This document shows positions 20,320 to 30,422 of a DNA stretch of 64,000 nt, in pieces. Source of the DNA: a bacterium (GTDB taxonomy: Bacteria > SAR324 > JACQKK01). Both the position numbers and the translations under genes were made by a program. The notes below the pieces were generated by a model that did no database searches, had not been told where the DNA came from, and saw nothing but the letters and a program-made list of their open reading frames with translations. How positions within the stretch are numbered: position 1 is the stretch's first letter; each line of letters opens with the position of its first letter. The DNA is taken from NCBI GenBank assembly GCA_965240465.1, contig OZ251219.1, positions 1,248,001 through 1,312,000 of the forward strand. Reading direction: 5' to 3'.

Positions 20320-21432
20320 CTAGTTAATCTTTTTTATGACTAGCCCCAATAAAATGCTCGCCAGCAATACCGCGCCATTTGTCCCCCAAGCTGCCACTAA
20401 GAAATGCAGTTTTTCCAATTTCCCCAACAGAAAAAATATTTCTTGTCCAAAATAAAAAAGGATCCCTATTAACAACACAAATAGCATGTCGGTAGTTCGG
20501 ATTCGCTTAGGTGAAGGGTTAACAATCATCAGTGCTAGCCATCCTAAAAGGAACGGAGCGACCATCAATGCCAATTCCTGATGAAACCCCAGCCAGTACA
20601 AATTTGAGTTTTTCTCTTGTCGCCTATTTTGACGGATTTCTTGCCACAAACCTATCAACCCTAGGGTTTGCAAGTTGACATATGTCTTCTCAAAGATAAT
20701 GTTTAGTGCTTTTTGAGGTAAAACTATCTCTGCAGCTATCTGGGAGACCTTATCCGTCTGGCGAAGATCTGCATTATCCGTCTGGCGAAGATCTGCATTG
20801 TCGGTCTGGCGAGATATCAAAGGGGTGTAATGTTTTGCCTGCTGGGTTGTTTGCCACAGACCATCCACTTGGTACAATTCCTTAAAATGCGATATCCTAG
20901 GCGTTCTCCCAGAATTGGCGATTCCGTGCAAGACAAAGACACCTTGGGCTAGGGCTTCTTCAAACAAAATCTTGCGAACGTATATCACATCCGAGTCGTG
21001 CAACTGCCAAATATGATGGCGAACCTTATCAACCGAGCCCTGCTGCCGTGAATCCACCCAAGCACTAAGCTGATTCTGATTCAGGACTCCTAATAAGCTC
21101 ACCAATAGCAACACTGGCCACATCAGGGTATACAAACGAAACAAGCTCAACCCCGCACCTTGCATGGGATACCACTCATGAGTGCGTAAAAAAGCATTGT
21201 GCGTTAAACGCACCGCAAATAATAAGGTCAGCGGCAATAATATCTTTAGCGTCGCTGGCATAATGATTAATAAATCTCTAAGCCACTCTAGTAGCCCTTC
21301 CCATCCCGACAAAAACAAATTAAGATTATCAAAACTGTCGCCCAGCAACACCAACCCAAGTGTTACTGACAAACATAATAGCCAAAACCCAAATAGCCTC
21401 AAGGCCACATATCGCGATATTAAACTCATCAC
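20320..21432 (-). CDS. LptF/LptG family LPS export permease
   Basis: 3+3 TM layout, LLPLTLLFA...HEW...AGLS.FRL, C-terminal AAWGTN; internal QTDNADLR repeat. Confidence 0.75.
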   Translation of the reverse strand: MMSLISRYVALRLFGFWLLCLSVTLGLVLLGDSFDNLNLFLSGWEGLLEWLRDLLIIMPATLKILLPLTLLFAVRLTHNAFLRTHEWYPMQGAGLSLFRLYTLMWPVLLLVSLLGVLNQNQLSAWVDSRQQGSVDKVRHHIWQLHDSDVIYVRKILFEEALAQGVFVLHGIANSGRTPRISHFKELYQVDGLWQTTQQAKHYTPLISRQTDNADLRQTDNADLRQTDKVSQIAAEIVLPQKALNIIFEKTYVNLQTLGLIGLWQEIRQNRRQEKNSNLYWLGFHQELALMVAPFLLGWLALMIVNPSPKRIRTTDMLFVLLIGILFYFGQEIFFLLGKLEKLHFLVAAWGTNGAVLLASILLGLVIKKIN

Positions 21433-21596
21433 TGGGTACCTTTACATCTATGAATAATCACTTGCCCTGCCGTACATCTTCCAGCAATTGCGGTGCTGGG
21501 CAATATATTATAAAACCAGTTAGCAAAAGATTATTTTCATTCGTACTGGTATATCAAACAGATGTCCATTTTGTTGCATTTGCAATTATCATTGTT

Positions 21597-21658
21597 GGCT
21601 TGCCAGATTCTTCTGGTTTGCCAGATTCCTCTGGTTTGCCAGATTCTTCTGGCTTGCC
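21597..21658. repeat. 18-bp repeat x3.5, reverse complement of the 17012 array unit
   Basis: ggcttgccagattcttct is the reverse complement of agaagaatctggcaagcc. Confidence 0.9.
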
Positions 21659-21738
21659 TCATTGTTGGCTGGCAGGCTGATTGGGTGTATACTCGGCAAA
21701 GGTATTTTTTTGCATGAAGACTTGCAATATTGGTGTAT

Positions 21739-21829
21739 AATGTCGGTGTGCAATGTCGGTGTGCAATGTCGGTGTGCAATGTCGGTGTGCAATGTCGGTG
21801 TGCAATGTCGGTGTGCAATGTCGGTGTGC
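21739..21829. repeat. 13-bp perfect repeat x7 (aatgtcggtgtgc)
   Basis: Counted directly. Confidence 0.95.
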
Positions 21830-21905
21830 AATGTGAACGCACTTTGCTAATCATTAAATAAGATGTGAACGACATCTGCATATATGATCCACCAGATGCT
21901 ACAAT

Positions 21906-21996
21906 CATCTACCAAAGGCATCTACCAAAGGCATCTACCAAAGGCATCTACCAAAGGCATCTACCAAAGGCATCTACCAAAGGCATCTACCAAAGG
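21906..21996. repeat. 13-bp perfect repeat x7 (catctaccaaagg)
   Basis: Counted directly; ends 6 nt before ATG 22003. Confidence 0.95.
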
Positions 21997-22002
21997 CAAA
22001 AA

Positions 22003-24363
22003 ATGGATAAAACAGTACTAGTGCTAGATGAAAATCCCATCGTACACAGGGTGATCGCCACGGCTCTGGAAGGAGGGGCAGTGGCGGTGCATCATGAATT
22101 TAATCCCAGCCGTTTTCTGGAAAAAGCCCAATCCATCTTGCCAAACGTGATACTACTCAGCGCGCTGGATTATGATACCGAGTTTTCCATGCATTCTCGT
22201 TTTGCAAAAGCAGAAAAACTGAAGAACATTCCTCGGGTAGCCCTGCTGAGCCCTAAAACTCCGCTTGATGAAAACTTGAAAAAAAGCCTGTCCCTATCGG
22301 GAATACTCCTAAAACCATTGGAAGTCTCCCAAGTACAACAAGAAATAACCAAACAACTAAAGGTGAACTTTCAAACTCCCGATGACTTAAGCGAAATACG
22401 CCTGCAAGCAGTAGGCGACATCATGGATGAAGAAGTATCCAAAATGCTGGAATCTGTCGGAGCTCCATTGCCAACTGACCCGCAAGCCCCTCCCCCGCAA
22501 GCCCCTCCCCCACAGGTCTCTCAGCTCCCCACCGAGGATGTCTATCAACTGGGAACTGAGGAAATGGAAGTACCACCAATTACTACGCCTCCTGATTTCG
22601 CACCCGCCAGCACTGCAAACACAGGTAATCTACCCAATAGCGTCATCGTCCCCGAGGGAGTACAAGCACCTGTCATGCCTGTGGGAGTTCTGCCAGACAG
22701 TATCCCAGACAGTATCCCAGACAATGTTCCAGACAATGTTCCAGACAAGGCTATTGATAAGGTTACTGATAAGGTTACTGATAATGTCATGCCTGTGGTA
22801 TCCTCTGTGGGTGAGAAAAGTAAGGCGGTGATCCGCAGTGTTCCTGCTTTTAAGGCAGACCCACTCACCCCAGATGAAAAACCCATGGATGAGGCCTTCC
22901 CCTACTTGCCCCACGTATATGAAAGCCAATTTGGTAGAGCTCCCGCTCGCGTTATAATTTTTCCAGAGAAAACCATGAATCAGGACAAAACTCGTTCCTT
23001 ACTGCATCTCAAACCTGTCAATCCCCCGCGACCATCGGTGCTGCCGATTAAATCATCGGATGGTCAGCCCTGGATTACTCCGACTACCAATGTTCCCGCG
23101 GGTGTGCTTGATCGGGCATTTGAGGAGGCTCGTAAGCTGAAAGATGAGGAACCGCAAGCTGAAGAGCCAAAAAAATCCGCCACCTCAAAAGATGCTCTTA
23201 AAGATGCTCTTGAATATACTCTTGAATATACTCTTGAAGATACTCATCCGATACCGCCTGAGACTCCAGCTGCTACTTTTAACCCCTTCGGTACTGATAC
23301 GGGCAAAACTGAAGAAAAAAACGAGGAAAATACCGAAAATGTTGCAAGCACTGGAAGCACTGGAAGCACTGCAAGCGACGCAGAAGATGGAGAAGAAGAG
23401 GACGACACAGATTTTCAAACCCAGCCTGCAGCTTTGGCGGCCCTGAAAACACCCAAAACAGAAGACATCAAGGTTGAGCAATTTAAGGAAACGGTGCTAC
23501 GTCCTTTGTCAAAAGATGAGGAATCTTTGGTAGCCCCAACTACAGAAGCCGATGACCAATTTTATGACTCAGCAGAAGTTCAGAAAACCGATATTTCCTC
23601 TTCAGTGGAGGCATCGGAATCGGTGGGAAAGCCAGAGGTAGTGGGGAAGCCAGAGGCAGTGGGAAATCCAGAAGCAGTGAGAATTGATGGTTCTCAGCTG
23701 ACTTTGGAAGATGAAGAACAAGGACACGAAGAATTTATCTTGCTGGGAGTAGAAGAAGATGATGACCTGATAGAACTATCTATCTCTCAAATTAAAAATG
23801 TCACCGCAAAAGGAGATATATTTCCTCATAAAGAAATTATTGAGGCAGAGGAAGTTACTGAGGTAGTAGCAGAGGAAGTAGCAGAGGTAGACTCTCCTGA
23901 GACCACTGGCAATAATTCCTCACCCACAAGCGAGGAAGAACCTTTGGATTTGGATCCTCCTGAGGCGGAGCGGATGATTTCGGTATCGGGAGATAAGGGG
24001 GAGACATATGAGGCGGTCGTGAAAGAGGCAGGTTTGGAAGGGACAATTTTGGATGAAGCAGGTTTGGATGAGGCGGTCGTGGGTGAGGCAGGTTTGGAAG
24101 GGGCAGGTTCGGAAGGGGCAGGTTCGGAAGGGGCAGGTTCGGAAGGGGCAGGTTTGGATGAGGCAGGTTTGGATGAGGCGGATTTGGATGAGCTTAGTCA
24201 AGATGGCGAAATTTCTGAGACTGCCTCGCTAGCGAATTATCTCCTGCCAAAGGATTCTGAGCTTCTGACGGGGGTTTTGGATGATATTATTTCTCAGTCT
24301 ATAGATGATGCCATGCAGGCTCAGGAGTCCAATATCTTGGAGCTGGAAAAGGGGGAAGGCTAA
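22003..24363 (+). CDS. RomR-like protein: atypical receiver domain plus long Pro/Glu-rich disordered region
   Basis: VLVLDE...PNVILLS...IP.VAL...LLKPL receiver fold; acidic low-complexity tail; directly upstream of valS. Confidence 0.65.
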   Translation: MDKTVLVLDENPIVHRVIATALEGGAVAVHHEFNPSRFLEKAQSILPNVILLSALDYDTEFSMHSRFAKAEKLKNIPRVALLSPKTPLDENLKKSLSLSGILLKPLEVSQVQQEITKQLKVNFQTPDDLSEIRLQAVGDIMDEEVSKMLESVGAPLPTDPQAPPPQAPPPQVSQLPTEDVYQLGTEEMEVPPITTPPDFAPASTANTGNLPNSVIVPEGVQAPVMPVGVLPDSIPDSIPDNVPDNVPDKAIDKVTDKVTDNVMPVVSSVGEKSKAVIRSVPAFKADPLTPDEKPMDEAFPYLPHVYESQFGRAPARVIIFPEKTMNQDKTRSLLHLKPVNPPRPSVLPIKSSDGQPWITPTTNVPAGVLDRAFEEARKLKDEEPQAEEPKKSATSKDALKDALEYTLEYTLEDTHPIPPETPAATFNPFGTDTGKTEEKNEENTENVASTGSTGSTASDAEDGEEEDDTDFQTQPAALAALKTPKTEDIKVEQFKETVLRPLSKDEESLVAPTTEADDQFYDSAEVQKTDISSSVEASESVGKPEVVGKPEAVGNPEAVRIDGSQLTLEDEEQGHEEFILLGVEEDDDLIELSISQIKNVTAKGDIFPHKEIIEAEEVTEVVAEEVAEVDSPETTGNNSSPTSEEEPLDLDPPEAERMISVSGDKGETYEAVVKEAGLEGTILDEAGLDEAVVGEAGLEGAGSEGAGSEGAGSEGAGLDEAGLDEADLDELSQDGEISETASLANYLLPKDSELLTGVLDDIISQSIDDAMQAQESNILELEKGEG

Positions 24364-24365
24364 AG

Positions 24366-27059
24366 TTGAGGAGCTATGTTCCCGCCGAGATTGAGCCACG
24401 GATCTACGAAGAATGGTTGCGGGGTAATCATTTTGCTCCTGTTGGGGAGCGAGGAGAGTTAGAGAAGGGTTCTAAATATTTTTGCATTGTTGTTCCTCCC
24501 CCGAATGTTACTGGTTCTCTGCATTTAGGGCATGCTTGGGATAGCACCCTACAGGATATTCTCGTTCGCTGGATGCGGATGGATGGTTGTCCTACGCTTT
24601 GGCTGCCGGGGACTGACCATGCGGGGATTGCTACTCAGTGGATGGTGGAGTCTCAGTTGCAAGAAGAGGGATGCAGTAAGGAGCAGCTGGGGCGAGAAGC
24701 ATTTTTGAAGCGGGTGTGGCAATTTAAGGAGACATCGCAGCAAAATATTACTAATCAATTGAAGCAGCTGGGGGTTTCTTGCGATTGGGGTCGGGAACGC
24801 TTTACGCTGGATGAGACTCTTTCCCGAGCGGTGCGGTGTGCCTTTGTAAAGCTGTATCAGGCGGGGTTGATTTATCGGGGGCTACGGATGGTCAATTGGA
24901 GTCCTCGTTTGAGGTCGGCAGTTTCTGATCTGGAAGTAGAACATCGTGATGTGCAAGGAAGCATGTATCACCTGCTTTATCCCTTTGAAGATGGTCCCCT
25001 ACCAGATGGTCGTCAGGGGGTAGTGATTGCTACCACCCGACCAGAGACCATGCTGGCTGATGGAGCAGTGGCTTTTAATCCCGCTGATGAACGCTATGCG
25101 GGACTGGAAGAAAAAAACTTGATCCTGCCAATCATAAAACGCAAGCTCCCTTTGATAAAAGATGAACAGGTCAAGCAAGATTTTGGCACTGGGGCAGTGA
25201 AAATTTCGGTGGGGCATGATTTCAATGATTTTGAGATCGGCAAACGACATAACATTCCCGTCTATGAAGTGATGGATAAAAAAGGCTGCATGTGCGGTGA
25301 TATTCCTCAGCGATATCAGGGGCTTGATCGTTATGTGGCTCGGAAAAAGATTGTAGCAGAACTTAAAGAGCAGGGGGTACTAGTGAAAATAGAGCCTCAT
25401 GAGCACTCGGTTGGGTATTGTGGTCGGAGTGGGGAGCCTGTGGAGCCTTGTGTTTCTACTCAATGGTTTGTGAGTACCAAGGATATGGCAATTCAAGCTC
25501 TGGAAGTAGTTAATAGCAGGCGAGTTAGGTTAATCCCTCAATTTCAGGAAAAAATATTCGCTGAATGGATGGATAACATTCAAGAGTGGTGTATTTCGCG
25601 TCAGCTTTGGTGGGGACATCGCATTCCCGCTTGGTACTGTGAGGACTGCAAAGGGGTAACCGTGGCTGAAGACATTCCTAATTGTTGTCAGCATTGTCAA
25701 TCCAAGCAAATAGAGCAGGATAGGGATGTACTGGATACTTGGTTTAGCTCGTCCCTGTGGCCTTTCAGCGTTATGGGTTGGCCTGAGGAAACTTCCGACC
25801 TAAAAACCTTCTTTCCCACTACGGTGCTAGTTACTGGGTATGACATCCTATTCTTCTGGGTAGCCCGAATGATAATGATGTCCTTACAGCTGTTGGAGAC
25901 CATCCCTTTTGATGAAGTACTGCTGCACGGCTTGCTACGGGATGAAAAAGGAATAAAAATGTCAAAAACCAAGGGCAATGGACTTGACCCCTTAAAGCTA
26001 ATCAACATCCATGGTGCCGATGCCCTAAGGATGGCTCTGGCAGCTGGCACCAACCTTGGACATGACATGTCGCTGGCGGAAAGCTCTTGTGAGGCGATGC
26101 GGAATTTTGTCAACAAGCTTTGGAATGCCTCTCGTTTTGTTTTGGGTCATAAGGAGCGTCTGGGAGAGCCACCTGCTCTTATGTCTGCTCTTACGTCTGA
26201 TGTGTCTGCTCTACCTGAGTTTCCTTTGTTTGAGGCTTGGATTTTTTCCCGTTTGCAACAGGTGACCGTAGAAACTCGCCAGTTTTTAGAGGCTAGGCGT
26301 TTTAATGAAGCTGCCAAGCTTTTGTATAATTTCGTTTGGCGTGAGTACTGCGATTGGTACTTGGAATCGGTCAAGCCGACTCTTCTTTCGGACAAGGAGG
26401 TGTTTCGGCAGGCGGGGTGGGCGGTATCTCATCAGGTATTGGTGGAGGTGCTGAAGCTATTGCATCCTTTTATTCCCTTTGTGACGGAGCATTTATGGGG
26501 GATCCTCCAGCCTCAGGCAAAACCCCTGATCATGTGTACCTATCCTCAAGGTATGGAGTTAGCTAAGCAGCCTGATAGCTTGCGGCGAACCGCTAAGGAA
26601 GCCGATCGCCTTATCGCAGTGATAAGGGAAGTACGCACCGTCCGCAGTGAGAGCGTAGTGCCTCCTCAGGCGAGGATCCCCGTTCAGATTAGCAGTGCCG
26701 ATGAGGATATTTGTCAGCTACTGGAGCGACACAAAGCCTTATTTATGAATTTAGCCAAGTTGAGCTCGGTGGGATTTGGGGGTCAGGACACCAAAAACTG
26801 GGTGCGTGGAGTAGGAGACGGATTTGAAGTGGCTTTGTGCTTGGAGGGGGTGATGGATACAGCCAAAGAGCTACAGAGATTGGAAAAAGAAAAGATAAAA
26901 TTGTATGCTGAACTTCAGCAAGTGCGTATCAAGTTAGAAAATAAGTTATTTATGAGTAAAGCTCCTCCGCTGGTGGTGAAGAAAAATCGTGAACGCAATG
27001 ATTCTCTGAAAACCCAATTATCTAAGCTAGACCGCAGCTTAAGAAGATTATCCACTTGA
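24366..27059 (+). CDS. valS: valyl-tRNA synthetase
   Basis: PPPNVTGSLHLGH, WCISRQLWWGHRIP, KMSKT, C-terminal coiled coil. Confidence 0.98.
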   Translation: MRSYVPAEIEPRIYEEWLRGNHFAPVGERGELEKGSKYFCIVVPPPNVTGSLHLGHAWDSTLQDILVRWMRMDGCPTLWLPGTDHAGIATQWMVESQLQEEGCSKEQLGREAFLKRVWQFKETSQQNITNQLKQLGVSCDWGRERFTLDETLSRAVRCAFVKLYQAGLIYRGLRMVNWSPRLRSAVSDLEVEHRDVQGSMYHLLYPFEDGPLPDGRQGVVIATTRPETMLADGAVAFNPADERYAGLEEKNLILPIIKRKLPLIKDEQVKQDFGTGAVKISVGHDFNDFEIGKRHNIPVYEVMDKKGCMCGDIPQRYQGLDRYVARKKIVAELKEQGVLVKIEPHEHSVGYCGRSGEPVEPCVSTQWFVSTKDMAIQALEVVNSRRVRLIPQFQEKIFAEWMDNIQEWCISRQLWWGHRIPAWYCEDCKGVTVAEDIPNCCQHCQSKQIEQDRDVLDTWFSSSLWPFSVMGWPEETSDLKTFFPTTVLVTGYDILFFWVARMIMMSLQLLETIPFDEVLLHGLLRDEKGIKMSKTKGNGLDPLKLINIHGADALRMALAAGTNLGHDMSLAESSCEAMRNFVNKLWNASRFVLGHKERLGEPPALMSALTSDVSALPEFPLFEAWIFSRLQQVTVETRQFLEARRFNEAAKLLYNFVWREYCDWYLESVKPTLLSDKEVFRQAGWAVSHQVLVEVLKLLHPFIPFVTEHLWGILQPQAKPLIMCTYPQGMELAKQPDSLRRTAKEADRLIAVIREVRTVRSESVVPPQARIPVQISSADEDICQLLERHKALFMNLAKLSSVGFGGQDTKNWVRGVGDGFEVALCLEGVMDTAKELQRLEKEKIKLYAELQQVRIKLENKLFMSKAPPLVVKKNRERNDSLKTQLSKLDRSLRRLST

Positions 27060-27080
27060 GCAGAGTACAAGAGTAGTCAT

Positions 27081-27152
27081 TGTTTCACCTATGTTTCACT
27101 TAGCTTTTACCTATGTTTCACTTAGCTTTCACCTATGTTTCACCTAAGTTTC
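27081..27152. repeat. 11-bp alternating repeat (tttcacctatg/tttcacttagc)
   Basis: Read directly after valS stop. Confidence 0.85.
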
Positions 27153-27268
27153 CCTGAATTTTTGAGTAGTAGCTGATGAGTTGGATTATCGGAATTGTGG
27201 GGGTAATGTTAATATCTCATTGGTATTTTCATCGTGGCTTGAGTGCTAGTAGGCGGTCTCCAGATCGC

Positions 27269-28708
27269 TCACCCTCCAAAAAATGAGCCTGAAAAGGATT
27301 TGATTCTCTCGATGCGTCCGCTCTTGCGGACATTATGTATTGGCAATCTTGGTTTCTTTCTTTTTAACATGTCTTCAACACTCAATCCTTGTATCACGGG
27401 ATATGTCCCTGCACTATCAGAAAACACTTCCTTGTTTCGGTTGTTTTCTACCGTTTTCATGTACTTTTCAAAGCAGATCATTACTCCAGCAAGGGCATTG
27501 AATTCTTTAACCGTGGAATATAATCGCCCTACCGCGTCTGGAGTAACTCCTCCTCCCTTTACTTGAATAATGACAATCTCTTTTTTAGGCTTCTTGCCAA
27601 AATTGAAGGGATAGGTTTCCAATATTCCATCAACGCCCCCATCAGCACCTTTATCTCCTGGATTATGGTACATCCCACTGGCTCCGATGTAACCACAGAC
27701 CCATTTCTCAAATTCAAACTTGTCTTGCTCGGCTAATTTAATGGCTTCTGTGGTGGTTGTCGGGGTACCATATAATTTTATATTCAGTCCCTGAAAATTA
27801 CTTGTCAGTCTTTCATTGACTAAGCCAGTAGAGAATTTGGATATGTCAATGCCGATCCATTGGCGTTTTAGTTTTTCTGCTGCGTGAAGAGTAGTGCCAC
27901 AGCCGCAAAAGGGGTCAAGGATGAGATCGCCCTTATTTGAAGAAGCCTTAATGATGCGGTCCATAAGAGATAGCGGCTTTTGGGTCGGGTAGCCAAGACG
28001 TTCTTTTTCTTGAGAATTTAATGCTTGTATATCTGTCCAAACATCCATCGGCAATTTTTTATCATCATCTTTTGTTATCCTTGCTCCTTTAAATTGTGCT
28101 CTTCGAATAGATTTTTCTGTTCTGCTTACTTTTACTCTTTGAAGGTTTATCTCGTAGTTTTTACTTTTAGAATAAATAAATATCGTGTCATGCTTTTTTG
28201 CAAACCATTTCTCACATGCTCCACCTGTTTGATAATGCCAAATAATTTCATTCCTAAAATTACCAGCCCCGAAAATAGCATCCATCAAGAGCTTTATGTA
28301 ATGACTGGCGGTCGGGTCACAATGCAGGTAAATGCTGCCCGTCCCCTTTAGTACCCGATGCATTTGGACCAAGCGGAGTGCCATGTTGGTAAGATAGGCA
28401 GCTAGGCTTACCTTCCCAAGTGATTTATTGATCTGATCCGATAAAGACACAATATCAGCCAGTATTCTTGTTTTGGGACCTTTCTTAAGTTGCTCAAGAA
28501 TCTCTATTTCTGTTTCACCCCAATCCCAAGTGTCTTTGAAGGCTTCTACTGCCTTGATATCTTTGCCGAGTTTCTTAAACGGAAGATTGTAAGTACTATT
28601 TGAATTGAAGGGAGGGTCAAGGTAGATTAAATCAACGCTTCCAGTTGGTAATGCCAGTTCATCATTTAAGGTGTTTAGACAATCATCAGCATAAAGTTCT
28701 CGTTTCAT
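27269..28708 (-). CDS. beta-class amino-DNA methyltransferase fused to Mrr-like nuclease domain, copy A
   Basis: DPPF (motif IV) before DPFCGCGT (motif I); YPTQKP; C-terminal FEKW..GADGGVDG..IIQVKG. Confidence 0.88.
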   Translation of the reverse strand: MKRELYADDCLNTLNDELALPTGSVDLIYLDPPFNSNSTYNLPFKKLGKDIKAVEAFKDTWDWGETEIEILEQLKKGPKTRILADIVSLSDQINKSLGKVSLAAYLTNMALRLVQMHRVLKGTGSIYLHCDPTASHYIKLLMDAIFGAGNFRNEIIWHYQTGGACEKWFAKKHDTIFIYSKSKNYEINLQRVKVSRTEKSIRRAQFKGARITKDDDKKLPMDVWTDIQALNSQEKERLGYPTQKPLSLMDRIIKASSNKGDLILDPFCGCGTTLHAAEKLKRQWIGIDISKFSTGLVNERLTSNFQGLNIKLYGTPTTTTEAIKLAEQDKFEFEKWVCGYIGASGMYHNPGDKGADGGVDGILETYPFNFGKKPKKEIVIIQVKGGGVTPDAVGRLYSTVKEFNALAGVMICFEKYMKTVENNRNKEVFSDSAGTYPVIQGLSVEDMLKRKKPRLPIHNVRKSGRIERIKSFSGSFFGG

Positions 28709-28772
28709 TTTGGTATCCTTATTTCTTTTAACCAGGGGGACATCTTCGCCAAAAGGATCGCAACGCCAGCAG

Positions 28773-28856
28773 TGCCCAAGAGAGGACTTGAACCTCCACT
28801 AGTGTTACCTCACTAGAACCCGAATCTAGTGCGTCTGCCAATTCTGCCACTTAGGC
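28773..28856 (-). tRNA. tRNA-Leu-derived gene with CGG anticodon (allo-tRNA or pseudogene)
   Basis: 84-nt paralog of 30423-30506 with 5 substitutions; anticodon arm CTAGA-TT-CGG-GT-TCTAG. Confidence 0.8.
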
Positions 28857-28867
28857 TGACAGCCCTC

Positions 28868-28896
28868 ATTATGTCAGGGGAGTTATCAAGCAGCAA
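28868..28896 (-). promoter_or_regulatory. sigma70-like promoter of tRNA/MTase copy A
   Basis: TTGCTG-17 nt-CATAAT, identical in copy B. Confidence 0.6.
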
Positions 28897-28933
28897 GTAT
28901 TTGTGTTTTAGTGCTTAATTTATTGTATAGCCA

Positions 28934-30364
28934 TTATTTGATCCCCTTGATGCGTCCGCTCTTGCGAGTATAACTTGCGGGCAATCTTGGTTTCTTTCTT
29001 TTTAACATGTCTTCAATGCTTAATCCCTGTATTACTGGATAGCTTCCAACACTGTCGTGAAACTTTTCCTTGTTTCGGTTGTTTTCCACCGTTTTCATGT
29101 ACTTTTCAAAGCAGATCATTACTCCAGCAAGGGCGTTGAATTCTTTAACCGTGGAATATAATCGCCCTACCGCGTCTGGAGTAACTCCTCCTCCCTTTAC
29201 TTGAATAATGACAGTTTCTTTTTCAGGATTCTTGCCAAAATTGATTGTATAAATTTCCAATACTCCATCAACGCCTCCATCAGCACCTTTATCTCCTGGA
29301 TTGTGGTACATCCCATTGGCTCCGATGTGACCACAGACCCATTTCTCAAATTCAAACTTGTCTTGCTTGGCTAATTCCATGGCTTCTGTGGTGGTTGTCG
29401 GGGTACCATATAATTTTATATTCAGTCCCTGAAAATTACTTGTCAGTCTTTCATTGACTAAACCATTAGAGAATTTGGATATGTCAATGCCGATCCATTG
29501 GCGTTTTAGTTTTTCTGCTGCGTGAAGAGTAGTGCCACAGCCGCAAAAGGGGTCAAGGATGAGATCACCCTTATTTGAAGAAGCCTTAATGATACGCTCC
29601 ATAAGAGCTAGCGGCTTTTGGGTTGGGTAGCCAAGATGCTCTTTTTTACTTTTAATATGAGGAATATCCCAAACGGTGTCAGGTATTTTTCCATTCTTGG
29701 TAAGGTAGCCTGCCTCACCTTCCTGCCTAGTGAAACCAGCACCCCCGTACTTTGCACGTGATAAGGTACTCTTAGCATAAGGGATTAATACATCCTGATG
29801 ATTAAATATGAAGTTTTTACTCTTTGTGTATCTGAATAACACATCATGTTTTTTGGGAAAATCTGTTTCGGTTCTACTCATACTAGGGTAGTGCCAAATA
29901 ATTTCATTCCTAAAATTACCAGCCCCGAAAATAGCATCCATCAAGAGCTTTAGATAATGACTGGCGGTCGGGTCACAATGCAGGTAAATGCTACCCGTCC
30001 CCTTTAGTACCCGATGCATTTGGACCAAGCGGAGTGCCATGTTGATAAGGTAGGCAGGCAGGCTTATCTTGCCAAGTGATTTATTCACCTGATCCGATAA
30101 AGACACAATATCAGCTAGTATTTTTGTTTGAGGACTCTTTTTAAGTTGCTCAATAATCTCTATTTCTGTTTCACCCCAATCCCAAGTGTCCTTGAAGGCC
30201 TCTACCGCTCGGACATTTTCTCTGAATTTCTTAAACGGAAGATTGTAAGTACTATTTGAATTGAAGGGAGGGTCAAGATAGATTAAATCAACGCTTTCAG
30301 TTGGTAATGCCAGTTCATCATTTAAGATGTTTAGACAATCATCAGCATAAAGTTCTTGTTTCAC
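28934..30364 (-). CDS. beta-class amino-DNA methyltransferase fused to Mrr-like nuclease domain, copy B
   Basis: Same motifs as copy A; GTG start with AAGGA SD; different central region. Confidence 0.88.
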   Translation of the reverse strand: MKQELYADDCLNILNDELALPTESVDLIYLDPPFNSNSTYNLPFKKFRENVRAVEAFKDTWDWGETEIEIIEQLKKSPQTKILADIVSLSDQVNKSLGKISLPAYLINMALRLVQMHRVLKGTGSIYLHCDPTASHYLKLLMDAIFGAGNFRNEIIWHYPSMSRTETDFPKKHDVLFRYTKSKNFIFNHQDVLIPYAKSTLSRAKYGGAGFTRQEGEAGYLTKNGKIPDTVWDIPHIKSKKEHLGYPTQKPLALMERIIKASSNKGDLILDPFCGCGTTLHAAEKLKRQWIGIDISKFSNGLVNERLTSNFQGLNIKLYGTPTTTTEAMELAKQDKFEFEKWVCGHIGANGMYHNPGDKGADGGVDGVLEIYTINFGKNPEKETVIIQVKGGGVTPDAVGRLYSTVKEFNALAGVMICFEKYMKTVENNRNKEKFHDSVGSYPVIQGLSIEDMLKRKKPRLPASYTRKSGRIKGIK

Positions 30365-30422
30365 GTCCTTATTTCTTTTAACTAGGGGGATATTTTCGCC
30401 AAAAGGATCGCAACGCCAGCAG

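Noticed and set aside
21865-22002. Longer start for the RomR-like gene
   Set aside because: Extension is a translated 13-bp array; the receiver fold starts at ATG 22003.
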